64,000 nt of DNA from a virus, in the IMG/VR virus record IMGVR_UViG_3300050120_000121, positions 35,905 to 99,904 of that record, one strand, 5' to 3'. The position numbers and the translations under genes were made by a program. Below are positions 1 through 9,482 of the stretch, in pieces. The first letter of the stretch is position 1, and each line of letters begins with the position of its first letter. The notes under the pieces are model-generated. The model was not told the origin of the DNA, made no database searches, and saw nothing but the letters and a program-made list of their open reading frames with translations.

Positions 1-64
1 AATTGGCTATGTCGATGATGGTTGCAAGTCGCTTCGCGGGACGATTCGCTCTTGCTGCAAGTCG

Positions 65-526
65 ATGGAAGAACCCGATGTAAAAGCCCATCTCGAAGCA
101 CTTCATGACACTCTCGGCGAGCATAGCACGGCACTTCAAGGTCTACGTCAAGAAAAATACCCGATGTCCAGCGTCTTGAAAGATGAGGACATGGGCGGTG
201 GGGACGAGTCTGGTGGCGAAGACGAGGGCGGTGGCGACTCCGATTCAGCGATGAAGTCGATGTTGGCAACGTTCAGTATAAAGCGACATGGATTCGGTGG
301 TTGCGTTGAACATGTCAAGGATGTTCTGAGGACTTGCAAGAGTCTGTCCGCCGACGAAAAACGAAAGTTGAATATTGCCATCGACGGCTTTACGAAGATC
401 AAGTCGCAGGCCAAGTCACTCTACGAAGAATCATTGAAACGCGACACAAAAACCGAAAAGAAACCCGCGATTACCTCCGCTCAACAGGCCGAAATTGACG
501 CCGCGTTTGCTCTGCTGAAGTCTTAA
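65..526 (+). CDS. C-terminal part of prohead protease/scaffold-region protein (probably starts before the window)
   Basis: Acidic/helical ORF immediately upstream of the capsid gene; position only. Confidence 0.5.
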   Translation: MEEPDVKAHLEALHDTLGEHSTALQGLRQEKYPMSSVLKDEDMGGGDESGGEDEGGGDSDSAMKSMLATFSIKRHGFGGCVEHVKDVLRTCKSLSADEKRKLNIAIDGFTKIKSQAKSLYEESLKRDTKTEKKPAITSAQQAEIDAAFALLKS

Positions 527-584
527 ATTCGTGGCCGAATGGCCAGATGTCCGGTCCACGATCTCTGTTCAAGGATTGAATGAA

Positions 585-1928
585 ATGCCAACTGTTGAAG
601 AACTCGTTGCCGAAACGAAAAAGACTGTTGCCGAACGCGATTCCGTCAAGGCTGAATTGAAATCGCTGAAGGACAAACTCAGTTCGACGGTCGATCCATC
701 CTTGATCCATCGCGATGCAAGCGGTGCGTCGGCTGGCGGATGGGAAGAATCCGATGACGAACTGACGGCGGTTGTCGGTCGCGATGACTTGCGGGGAGTT
801 CCGAAGCTCGAACGCCGATCGAGTGCGAAGTCAGTTATCAAGTCGCTCGTCAAGCAGGGCTACAAGCCGTATGGCGAGTTCAAGAGCTTTGGCGAATTCA
901 TCAAGTTCGGCGTTGAAAACCGCGACTACAAAAACAAGATCGAAACTCGCGTTGGCGACCATTTCAAATCGGTCAGCAAGGCGATTCAGGGGATGACGAC
1001 CACTGACGGTTCCGATGGCGGATTCGCGGTCATGCCGGAATTCAGCAAGAACATCCTGGAGCGTTCATTCGACAACAATCTGTGGAATGAAACCGACTCC
1101 TACACCGTCAGCGGAAACTCGATGACGTTTTTGGCCTCGGCTGAAATAAGCCGGGCTAACGGAAGTCGTCACGGCGGTCTGCAAGGCTTCTGGCAGGGTG
1201 AAGGTGGGGCTGGAACCAAGAGCAAGCCAACCATTCGCGAAGTCAATTTGAAGCTGGGCAAAATCATCATAATCGTCTACTTGACGAATGAACTGCTGGC
1301 GGACAACGCCTACGCTCTCGAACAGTACGTGACTCGCAAGGCAGGGGACGAAATCAAGTTCTTGCAAGGCGACTCGCTCATCAACGGCATCAGTTCTGGC
1401 GGTCAGCCGATGGGTTGGATCAATTCGCCGAATCTGGTCTCGGTGGCGAAGGAAGTCGGTCAGGACGCGAAAACGATTCAGACGATCAACGTCGAAAATA
1501 TGTACTCGCGGTTCTTCGCTCCGATGCTTCCGAAAGCCAAGTGGTATCACCATCAGGACATTCAGCCACAACTCGACACGATGACTTTGGGTCTCGGTTT
1601 GGGACAGGTGCCGGTCTACCTGCCGCCCGGTGGGATGTCGGAAGCTCCATACGGGATGCTGAAGGGCCGGGCAATGCAGCCGACGGAATTCAATGCAACG
1701 TTGGGAACGCAGGGTGACTTGATGCTGGCGGACATGAGCCAAATGCTGTCCATCAGCAAGGGCGGAATTCAGCAGGCCGTTTCGATGCACGTTGAATTCT
1801 TGACCGACCAACTGGCCATGCGGTTCACTCTGCGATGCGGTGCTCGTCCTTGGGAAAACACTCCGCTGACGCCATACAAGGGCACAAATAGTCAGTCGAG
1901 TTGTATCGCTTTGGACTCGCGAGCCTGA
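585..1928 (+). CDS. Major capsid protein, HK97 fold
   Basis: DGGFAVMPEF, WQGEG, LLADNAYALE, INGISSGGQPMG, LKGRAMQPTE, F.TDQLAMRF motifs; N-terminal coiled coil; AAGGA at 571-575 before ATG 585. Confidence 0.93.
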   Translation: MPTVEELVAETKKTVAERDSVKAELKSLKDKLSSTVDPSLIHRDASGASAGGWEESDDELTAVVGRDDLRGVPKLERRSSAKSVIKSLVKQGYKPYGEFKSFGEFIKFGVENRDYKNKIETRVGDHFKSVSKAIQGMTTTDGSDGGFAVMPEFSKNILERSFDNNLWNETDSYTVSGNSMTFLASAEISRANGSRHGGLQGFWQGEGGAGTKSKPTIREVNLKLGKIIIIVYLTNELLADNAYALEQYVTRKAGDEIKFLQGDSLINGISSGGQPMGWINSPNLVSVAKEVGQDAKTIQTINVENMYSRFFAPMLPKAKWYHHQDIQPQLDTMTLGLGLGQVPVYLPPGGMSEAPYGMLKGRAMQPTEFNATLGTQGDLMLADMSQMLSISKGGIQQAVSMHVEFLTDQLAMRFTLRCGARPWENTPLTPYKGTNSQSSCIALDSRA

Positions 1929-2548
1929 AGCATTTTTTGATAGCTGTTCCATCGGCAGAGTTTACATGATCTCTGTCCGGTGGATTGACGGACGTATGTA
2001 TTGTCTGCTGTGAATTCATGACCATGAATGCAATGCGTTTTTTCTTGATTGTAATGACGTTCACGTTTTCGGACGTACGGTCTCTTCGTTCGGTTTTTTC
2101 TCCATACGGCGATGCAAATCGAACAAAGCCTAGTTCCTCTGGTATCAAACACAGTTGTCTCTTCGGTGAATTTATGCCCATTCTTGCAATGGGTTCTCTT
2201 TCTCAAATGATGGTTGTCCCCACGAGGTTGATTTTGCGGTCGAACTTGGGACGAAATTCGACCCTTCGCGGCCGCGTCTCGCATGTTGTCGGTTTGAGTT
2301 CCCAAGAACAAATGGGACGGATTGACACAAGAGCGATTGTCGAATTCATGCAAGACCATCAAGCTATCGGGGATTGGCCCAATGTAAAGTTCCCAAGAAA
2401 CGCGATGAGCGGTAGTTCTGACTCCGGTTCTACTGATCGTCGATTGACCATATCCAGCCTTTGTTTTCGATCCAATCCAGTTCCAGCAACAGCCGAAATC
2501 AGCATCGGCTACATGAGTCAAGAACGAAGCAATTTTGTCTCTCTTCAT
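1892..2548 (-). CDS. Free-standing HNH homing endonuclease, antisense to the structural operon
   Basis: CWNWIG, GYG, AHRVSW, HEFDNRSCVNPSHL..GTQTDN; two THCxxGHxFT...R.C..C repeats. Confidence 0.88.
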   Translation of the reverse strand: MKRDKIASFLTHVADADFGCCWNWIGSKTKAGYGQSTISRTGVRTTAHRVSWELYIGPIPDSLMVLHEFDNRSCVNPSHLFLGTQTDNMRDAAAKGRISSQVRPQNQPRGDNHHLRKRTHCKNGHKFTEETTVFDTRGTRLCSICIAVWRKNRTKRPYVRKRERHYNQEKTHCIHGHEFTADNTYVRQSTGQRSCKLCRWNSYQKMLQARESKAIQLD

Positions 2549-2623
2549 GGCGAGTCTCCGGTTAATGTGTAATCGGGATTGTGACTTGCGGATTCTAGAT
2601 ACGACTTAACGAGGATACAAGCC

Positions 2624-3187
2624 ATGCAAGGCAACCGGACGTTTCTTGAGGGGTTGGATATCCACCCGCTGTTCTGGGAACAGGACGCGAACACGGACAT
2701 CACGGGCGATTGGCTTGGAATCGCCAATTATGGGCGAGCGTACATTCTGTTGGATAAGGCGGGGTCCGAACAGGTCGACGATCTTGGTTTGCAGATCTTG
2801 CAGGCCAAGGACAACGCCGGAACCGGTGCCAAAGGCATGTTGGTCAGCCGGGCATGGTATAAAGCCGGGACCATGACCGCTCAAGGGTTATGGACGGCGG
2901 TTGCTCTCGGACCATCCGACTTTCTCGCATTCGGAACCAATACGTCATCTGGCGGTGTGAGCTATGCCACAACCGTCGATACGCGGGTGATTCCCGACGC
3001 GACAACTCTGCCGTTTTCGATGCTGGTCGAGATTCGGAACGTCGAGTTCGACCAAGCGAACGGCTTCAAATACTTCACCGCGTTCATCGAAGGTGACAAC
3101 GTGAACAACACGTGCCTAATTACGGCACAAGGGATTCTGATGGACTGCGGCATCGCCGGGGCCATTCCTCCCAATCCGACGACCTGA
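2624..3187 (+). CDS. Putative head decoration/minor capsid protein
   Basis: Follows capsid; ILQAKDNAGTGAK and D.ANGFKY motifs typical of post-capsid beta-rich proteins; GAGGA RBS. Confidence 0.6.
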   Translation: MQGNRTFLEGLDIHPLFWEQDANTDITGDWLGIANYGRAYILLDKAGSEQVDDLGLQILQAKDNAGTGAKGMLVSRAWYKAGTMTAQGLWTAVALGPSDFLAFGTNTSSGGVSYATTVDTRVIPDATTLPFSMLVEIRNVEFDQANGFKYFTAFIEGDNVNNTCLITAQGILMDCGIAGAIPPNPTT

Positions 3188-3201
3188 CATTTCTGCCAAT
3201 G

Positions 3202-3232
3202 AGCCGCTCAGCTTCGTCTGAGCGGCTTGTTC
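3202..3232 (+). terminator. Intrinsic terminator-like hairpin
   Basis: AGCCGCTCAG-cttcgt-CTGAGCGGCT followed by TGTTC. Confidence 0.55.
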
Positions 3233-3256
3233 TGATTCTCCTACACAGAGAGGGCC

Positions 3257-3742
3257 ATGATGGCCAACGAACAATCCCAAAAGCCAGACAAGTCACGACA
3301 CGAACGGCTGGAGACAATCGCTCTTCAGATTTTCGCATCGGCCATGTCGGTTGGTGTGCCTCCAATGCTTATCAATCAAGCGGCCAGACGAGCGTTCCAA
3401 GGGGCGAATGCCTTCATGGAACAATCGGACAAGTATGCTAGCGGAACGCCGATTCAACCGTTCATTCCGACCGGAATCCAGATGGCGAACTGCTCTGCTC
3501 CGAATCTGTCGAAAACGCATCCAATCAATCTGGTGGCCGTCAAGCATCAGCGACGTGACCACAGTTGGGCGGGTGGAGATTTGGAATTGGTCGCGAAGAT
3601 TTGGGAACGCATCAAGGGAATTGACGTTGCCGATCCGGACATTGACCGACGACTGGAAGATTCTGACCTCGGAATCAACTGGACTCGTGATGAGATTGTC
3701 ACTGCCAAACATCTGTTCCCCGCGTACGTGGGCAAGAACTGA
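3257..3742 (+). CDS. Hypothetical phage protein
   Basis: 161-aa ORF with GAGGG RBS in the structural operon. Confidence 0.65.
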   Translation: MMANEQSQKPDKSRHERLETIALQIFASAMSVGVPPMLINQAARRAFQGANAFMEQSDKYASGTPIQPFIPTGIQMANCSAPNLSKTHPINLVAVKHQRRDHSWAGGDLELVAKIWERIKGIDVADPDIDRRLEDSDLGINWTRDEIVTAKHLFPAYVGKN

Positions 3743-3786
3743 TTTCATACCTGTGCCTCGAAGTCGCTTTATTGCGGAGTTAGAAC

Positions 3787-4674
3787 ATGCCAGTCACGAA
3801 TAGTGCGAACTTCAAGCAAATTCGAGCCAGCGAACGGTTCACCGTGCATCCCTCGACTGGAAACGTATTCTTCGTTGACTCGGTGACGGGTTCGGCGACT
3901 GGCGGATATCACCCCGATGGTCCGGCCGCAACTCTCACGCAAGCACTGGCACTCTGTACCGCGAACAATAACGACACGATCTTCGTGTTTCCGACTCATG
4001 CGGAAGCGGTTGTCGGTGCGGCTGGAATTGCGTTCAACAAAGCTGGCGTCACTGTTGTGGGGATGGGAAGCGGTCGCGGACGACCAACGATTACCCTGTC
4101 GACATCAACCGCGGCACAAATCACGATCACGGCCGCGAACACGACGATTCAGAATTGCGTGTTTGACCTGACGGGAATTGACGCCATCGTCGCGGGAATC
4201 GCCATTACTGCCGCTGATGTCGCAATTCGCGGATGTGAATTCATCATGCAAGCCGCTGCTGCATCTCCAGCATTGGGGATTCTGACAGCCGCGACAGCCG
4301 CGAGGCTCGTGATTGATTCGAATCGGTTCTTGGGACTCGCGACCACGACAGGCGGAACTCTCGCCGCATGCGTTCAGCACGAAGTGGGCGTCGACTTCCA
4401 AATCACAAACAACTATTTCCGTGGCAAGATGACGCAAGCGGTCCTCAACGCCACAACGATTCTTGGCGGATTGATCGCGAATAACAAATTCCACATCTAT
4501 ACCGGAACTAAGGGAATCTCTCTTGCGGCCGGTACGACTGGTTCGGGATTTGATAATCGACTCTCGGTTCCATCTGGAACAACGCCTGTCGTCGGTGCCG
4601 GATTCACATGGGCGTCGAATAATTATTCAACGGAAGCTCTGGCTGTTGGAACCCCAACCGCTGCGGCATTCTGA
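3787..4674 (+). CDS. Right-handed beta-helix (pectate lyase-like) virion protein
   Basis: GNVFFVDS...ATLTQAL...DTIFV start followed by ITIxN/xIxxNxF beta-helix repeats. Confidence 0.7.
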   Translation: MPVTNSANFKQIRASERFTVHPSTGNVFFVDSVTGSATGGYHPDGPAATLTQALALCTANNNDTIFVFPTHAEAVVGAAGIAFNKAGVTVVGMGSGRGRPTITLSTSTAAQITITAANTTIQNCVFDLTGIDAIVAGIAITAADVAIRGCEFIMQAAAASPALGILTAATAARLVIDSNRFLGLATTTGGTLAACVQHEVGVDFQITNNYFRGKMTQAVLNATTILGGLIANNKFHIYTGTKGISLAAGTTGSGFDNRLSVPSGTTPVVGAGFTWASNNYSTEALAVGTPTAAAF

Positions 4675-4699
4675 TCGTCGACACGAATCGAAAAACAAA

Positions 4700-4736
4700 A
4701 GCCAGTGGAACGCATCGTCGGTTCACTGGCTCTTTC
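4700..4736 (+). terminator. Intrinsic terminator-like hairpin
   Basis: AGCCAGTG(G)AAC...GTTCACTGGCT then CTTT. Confidence 0.5.
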
Positions 4737-4762
4737 GCAAGGCGGTAGAGAAAGGCGAACGG

Positions 4763-5422
4763 ATGGCACTTTCAACCGTTCCATCTTGTATGGCGCAAGC
4801 CGGAATGGTGTCCGTCACCGACGCACAGTCGGCACAGATGCAAGCGTTCATCAATGGAATTTCGGATCTCGTTTATCATCAGCTTCATCGCAATTTTGAC
4901 GTCCGAACCTATACCGAATTTTACAGCGGCGATGGTTCGCCATTCATTCTGTTGCGACAGTATCCGGTGATTTCAGTTACGTCGATTTGCGAAGATCCTG
5001 AAGGTAACTTTGGGCAGACAGCCGGTGGATTTGATTCATCGTTGAATCTTGTTCAAGGGGTCGACTGGGTTCTGATGGCTGGTCAGAACGGAATCGGTTC
5101 ATCTGGAATGATTCGGCGGATCAAAGGTGCGTGGTGGGCACGTCACACGCGAGAACTTGGCATCGTTTCGAATTTGCCACCATTGCCGAGCGGAAACATC
5201 AAGATTGTTTATACGGCCGGATACTCTCCGATTCCGTACGCGATTCAAATGGCCGTCAACTCTGCGGTGATGCGAGCAATGGCGACAGCAGCGGCCGGCG
5301 GTGCGGCTCAGTCGATGAGCTATGAAGATGCGACGATGACGTATGTGTCACCAGCGGATTTGGCGATGATCTTCGGCACGATTGAAAGCACATTGGGCAG
5401 TTATAAGGCGATTGTGATCTGA
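4763..5422 (+). CDS. Head-tail connector/adaptor protein
   Basis: TYTEFYSGDG, LRQYPVISVTSI, NIKIVYTAGYS.IP..IQ.A pattern; position. Confidence 0.78.
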   Translation: MALSTVPSCMAQAGMVSVTDAQSAQMQAFINGISDLVYHQLHRNFDVRTYTEFYSGDGSPFILLRQYPVISVTSICEDPEGNFGQTAGGFDSSLNLVQGVDWVLMAGQNGIGSSGMIRRIKGAWWARHTRELGIVSNLPPLPSGNIKIVYTAGYSPIPYAIQMAVNSAVMRAMATAAAGGAAQSMSYEDATMTYVSPADLAMIFGTIESTLGSYKAIVI

Positions 5423-6048
5423 TGATGACCAGGGCCATCGCAGCGGGAATCATGGGGGCTTTAATCCCTGAACGCGGTCCGGCTGTTGTCACGCTGAACT
5501 ATGGTAAATCAGCTTGTCCGCAGTATGGTACGATTTCTGGCAGTGGATCGACGATTACCGGGGTCGGGACCAAGTTCGTCACTGGCAATCCGCAGATTCA
5601 AGTCGGAACTAAGATCGTCGTCAACAACTCAGCCGGAAGTCTGAACTATCTCGACGGCGGCGGGGTGAATTCGGTCGTCAGCGGCACACTGCTGAACGTG
5701 ACGGCGATTGCATCGGATACATCCCTAACGGTTTCACAGACGGGATTGGCGTTTGCTATGAAATCGTTCTTCACGGATTTGCGGACTGTGGTGAACATCA
5801 ACGGAGCATGGAAAAAGCCAGTCTCGGGCAAACTTCAGCGATATGGCATGATGAATCTGCAAGGGGACGAGACGCTGCTGCACATACCCGACAACGAACT
5901 GAACGCGGCGGGAAACGGTTACGAAATCAAGACGGACGACACGATTGTGTTCGCAGGCGACACGTTCCAAGTCACATCGTCAGGCACAACATTGAAAACA
6001 GTTTTGACCGATTGGGTTTGTGTGTGCCGAAAGGTGTTGGCGAATTGA
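5422..6048 (+). CDS. Putative head-closure protein with inserted beta domain
   Basis: Position after adaptor; C-terminal IKTDDTIVF.G.TFQV...W..VCRK typical of closure proteins. Confidence 0.5.
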   Translation: MMTRAIAAGIMGALIPERGPAVVTLNYGKSACPQYGTISGSGSTITGVGTKFVTGNPQIQVGTKIVVNNSAGSLNYLDGGGVNSVVSGTLLNVTAIASDTSLTVSQTGLAFAMKSFFTDLRTVVNINGAWKKPVSGKLQRYGMMNLQGDETLLHIPDNELNAAGNGYEIKTDDTIVFAGDTFQVTSSGTTLKTVLTDWVCVCRKVLAN

Positions 6049-6059
6049 AAGGCTGAAGA

Positions 6060-6536
6060 TTGCCAGGAATTTCGAATCATTTCGATACGATGACCTATCT
6101 CAAGGCCGTTATTGACAAATTGGCTTTGACGGGACTGACGGGCGGATGCGTCATTCAGGAAGTTGCTCAGTTTCAAGATGGCCAGATCGGAATTCCCTTT
6201 ATTTCCGTCTCGCCATATGGACCTGAGCAGGCTGGCGAAGAATTGAATGATGTCGATGGCCATTATTATGGAACGGCCGTCATCATCATGGCCAAAAACG
6301 ACACCAGTCTTTTAGAACAGCGATTGGCATGGCGGCAAACTCTCTGGCGAAACTTCAACAATGTCTCGCTTGATACCCTGAATTCGAAGTTCACGCTCGG
6401 ATTGCCGTCGATTGGGATGAATTACACGCTGAAAGTGGAGCCGGGCAATTCGTTGGAACCGCAAACCGCATTTGATCGCAAGGGATTTATCAGCGGAATG
6501 ATTGTTCGGGCACGATTTCAGGAACCGCGCTCGTGA
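6060..6536 (+). CDS. Putative tail terminator/completion protein
   Basis: Size, position and P.ISVSP motif. Confidence 0.5.
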   Translation: MPGISNHFDTMTYLKAVIDKLALTGLTGGCVIQEVAQFQDGQIGIPFISVSPYGPEQAGEELNDVDGHYYGTAVIIMAKNDTSLLEQRLAWRQTLWRNFNNVSLDTLNSKFTLGLPSIGMNYTLKVEPGNSLEPQTAFDRKGFISGMIVRARFQEPRS

Positions 6537-6988
6537 GTCATCTGCTGAACGGAATGAGTGCATTGGACTCGCTTTTCGCCGATATGGAAACTCGCGTTCA
6601 GGACGCAGACTATACGCCGGTTCTCGATCCGTTTCAGCAAACACTCGCGGAGCAACACGCAGGGCAATTCGCTGGCGAGTTTGATTCGAATCTGGACTCA
6701 TGGGCACCGTTGAAACCATCGACGATTAAGCGAAAGGGACACGATCGAATCTTGTATGAAACAGGGGCATTGCGGGCGAGTCTTGTGACGGTCGGAGGGC
6801 CGGGAAACATTCATGAGGTTACACCGTCAACTCTCCTATTCGGCACAAGTGACCAGAAAGCGTTGTATCATCAAGAGGGAACACGTAAGATGCCCGCACG
6901 ACCACCAGTCGGAGTCAGTGAGGAGAATATTGACAAACTGGTAGATCAGATCGCGGATTCGACAGTCGAAATCTTGATGAGAGGCTGA
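6533..6988 (+). CDS. Phage virion morphogenesis protein (Mu gpG-like)
   Basis: WAPLKPST, IL..TGALRASL, FGT...A.YHQ.GT.KMPARP..G motifs. Confidence 0.85.
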   Translation: MSHLLNGMSALDSLFADMETRVQDADYTPVLDPFQQTLAEQHAGQFAGEFDSNLDSWAPLKPSTIKRKGHDRILYETGALRASLVTVGGPGNIHEVTPSTLLFGTSDQKALYHQEGTRKMPARPPVGVSEENIDKLVDQIADSTVEILMRG

Positions 6989-6989
6989 T

Positions 6990-7325
6990 ATGGATATCAA
7001 CGGCTGTCAAATTGTTTCTGTCCTGAACGCGGATGCGGTGGATGGATTCACGCCTACGGTTTCGCGATACACGGGATGCCGTGAGTTTCCGAGGGACGAT
7101 CAGATCCCGAAAGGCTCCGTAAAGGTCTCGCGAGGACCATTCGCTACTATTCGCGATGCGATTATTTACGCACACTCATGGAGCGATGCGGATACGCCGC
7201 CTCCAATGCCCATTACTCCTGTCGCCGAAGTTCCAGTGACGATCGAAACCGCATCGGAAACCGTCGCGATTCAAATTGAACCAGCTTCCGCAAACCCGCC
7301 AATTGTGAGCGATGAAGTCAAATAG
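6990..7325 (+). CDS. Hypothetical protein, Pro/Glu-rich tail
   Basis: Coupled ORF with GAGG RBS. Confidence 0.55.
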   Translation: MDINGCQIVSVLNADAVDGFTPTVSRYTGCREFPRDDQIPKGSVKVSRGPFATIRDAIIYAHSWSDADTPPPMPITPVAEVPVTIETASETVAIQIEPASANPPIVSDEVK

Positions 7326-7433
7326 ATCCGGTGATGGCACCGAGAAGCAATTGCCTCCGCCGACGAATGGCAAAATGGAACGACTTGGAAAAGTCGTTAA
7401 AAACTCCAGTAAAAAAGAACAAGGGGTGATGTT

Positions 7434-8303
7434 GTGACAGAGGCAATGGCGTATCGTGGGCGTGTCACTCTTGGCGGAAACTATGCCGAATTCGTATCCG
7501 ATACGATCAAGCAAGAAATCGAAGTTGTCCAAGACGAAGGGATTCGCGGGACTCGCAGCCGAGTCATGGAACGCTTGGTGCTCGGTAATGTGAAGGTCGG
7601 CGGGAATATGGTGTTTAATCCGACTCCCGTTGAAATGGCGTTCTTGCTGCCATTGGTTACTGGAAGTTCGACAACCGCCACAGTGTTGACGGACGCATTA
7701 GCCGATGTGACTGTTATTAAAGATTCTGGGACGGTCACTGACACGTTTATTGGCCGGATGAGCAAATACACATTCGAATTTGAGCCGGGCGAAAAGGTCA
7801 AATTGACGGCCGATTTCGTTGGGAAAAGTCGCTCTGTCGGGGCTGGTGGATCGCTGTCGACGGCACCGGATATTACGGTTGCTCCGTACTTTACGGCACA
7901 AATGGGGAGCGGAATCACGATTGGTGGTACCGTCTATCAAATTGCCAAGGCGACGTTGTCCATCGACAATAAGATCAGTCCGACGTATATGGCACAATCG
8001 ACGACGGCAACCGATTTGGAGCCGACAGACAGAATCGTAATGCTGGAATTGGAAACGAAATATAACGCAGCAGAAAACGCTTTGCTGATTCTGAATGAAG
8101 CTGGTCCCATTATCGGATCGGCTTTGACCGCATCGCTCGCCCTGACGAATGGGGCGAACAGCATGACGTTTACGTTTGGTGCGTTGGTGGCTCCTCCCGA
8201 GACGATCACGATTCCGAATCGAGCCGCAAAATTACGTCTGCCGCTCAGATTCCAATGCTACAAGGTTGGAACCACGCTGGAAGTTGTGCCAGTTCTGGTC
8301 TAA
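7434..8303 (+). CDS. Tail tube protein
   Basis: GIRGTRS, VGGNM.F.PTP, L.IDN motifs; beta-rich; upstream of chaperone and tape measure; no sheath gene present. Confidence 0.75.
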   Translation: MTEAMAYRGRVTLGGNYAEFVSDTIKQEIEVVQDEGIRGTRSRVMERLVLGNVKVGGNMVFNPTPVEMAFLLPLVTGSSTTATVLTDALADVTVIKDSGTVTDTFIGRMSKYTFEFEPGEKVKLTADFVGKSRSVGAGGSLSTAPDITVAPYFTAQMGSGITIGGTVYQIAKATLSIDNKISPTYMAQSTTATDLEPTDRIVMLELETKYNAAENALLILNEAGPIIGSALTASLALTNGANSMTFTFGALVAPPETITIPNRAAKLRLPLRFQCYKVGTTLEVVPVLV

Positions 8304-8543
8304 TCAGGATCGTTTCGGAACCGTACCCGATCGAAATCCAGATTCTTCGACGACGACGGTTGCGGTTCCCAGATCCAATGCCTTGGCGAGTTTATTGTGT
8401 GCTTCGCCAACTTGGATGAGCAGATCGGCGAGCCATTTCTCGCGGATGGTGGATTCGGAATCATCGCGAATCAGGATGGCGTTGCGGAAGAACTCAGCGG
8501 GAAGTCCTTCTGCGGGCACTTCGATGTTGTATTTGATAGTCAT
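8304..8543 (-). CDS. Small antisense hypothetical protein
   Basis: 79-aa ORF with AAGGA RBS on the minus strand filling the tube-chaperone gap. Confidence 0.55.
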   Translation of the reverse strand: MTIKYNIEVPAEGLPAEFFRNAILIRDDSESTIREKWLADLLIQVGEAHNKLAKALDLGTATVVVEESGFRSGTVPKRS

Positions 8544-8612
8544 GCGGATTCCTTTCGAGTTGTTCGGCAGGAATCATCTTAACACGGACTTTGTGCGAGG
8601 GAAGCAAGATTT

Positions 8613-9032
8613 ATGGCGGGAGCATATATTGACGACGGCTGCGACATTCCGGGCTATATCAAATCTGGTGAGGAACAGCCCAACGGCGAACGGCTTTACG
8701 GCGATTTGAACTTTGTCTATCGGAGGGCAATTCGACGGGAAACTTTGACACTCGACGGTGAAGTCAAAGTCGCGATGGCCGACGAACTGACCGATCCGAC
8801 ATGCAAGTTGAAGGCAGAGGATCTGGCCTGCAAGTTCATTGTCAAAAAGGTTTCATCGTGGGATCTGAAGAACGGGAAGGGCGAACCCGTCAAAGTCTCG
8901 TTGGATGCGTTGTATCACCTGCATCCGATCATGTTCGGCAGATTGTACAACATCATTCGCGGATGGAGCACAAGCGATCCTAAGCCAGATACGGCACCAG
9001 AAATGAGCGATGAGGAACAGGAAAAAAACTGA
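8613..9032 (+). CDS. Tail assembly chaperone (gpG-like)
   Basis: SWDLKNGKGEPV motif; ends GAA AAA AAC TGA. Confidence 0.78.
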   Translation: MAGAYIDDGCDIPGYIKSGEEQPNGERLYGDLNFVYRRAIRRETLTLDGEVKVAMADELTDPTCKLKAEDLACKFIVKKVSSWDLKNGKGEPVKVSLDALYHLHPIMFGRLYNIIRGWSTSDPKPDTAPEMSDEEQEKN

Positions 9033-9475
9033 GAGAGGGTCTCTGGCTTCTGCTGGACGACCCGCAATTAGCGAATCGAAGTTGTGCAATCTGCCTGAAA
9101 TACAAGTTTGACGAAAAGACGGGATTGCTTCAGTTTGGAACAGATCAGAATCCGGAAGAACGTCTCATCGGATGCGGAGACATCTTCCTTGCACCATGCA
9201 GAGACATGAGTTTAGATATTCGCGGTCGTAGAAACAGGACTTGCCGAAAAGGAAGTCCTGAGCATCCGAGAACTCTGTCGGAAGCGAATCAGAGATGTTA
9301 TGAACACTACCGCGAATGTAGGGCCGTAGGGCGATTTCCAGATGATCCGATCGTGAGACGAAATGCAGCAATTATTCGAGAAATTGAGGACGAAATTGCT
9401 TCTAAGCGGGAACGCAAGTTTTGCGAGAAGGTAGACGAATTGGTTCAGGTCGCAGAATTCGCCTTGTTGAAATGA
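9023..9475 (+). CDS. -1 frameshift extension of tail chaperone (gpT-like)
   Basis: Slippery A AAA AAC at 9023-9029; the -1 frame is open (LREGLWLLLDDPQLANRSCAICLKY...) into ORF 9125-9475. Confidence 0.8.
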   Translation, partial: KKLREGLWLLLDDPQLANRSCAICLKYKFDEKTGLLQFGTDQNPEERLIGCGDIFLAPCRDMSLDIRGRRNRTCRKGSPEHPRTLSEANQRCYEHYRECRAVGRFPDDPIVRRNAAIIREIEDEIASKRERKFCEKVDELVQVAEFALLK

Positions 9476-9482
9476 GTTGCCG

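Noticed and set aside
1065-1952. Long antisense ORFs over capsid and tape measure (also 9212-10006, 10476-11258, 32292-33170)
   Set aside because: Shadow frames of well-supported genes with no motifs.
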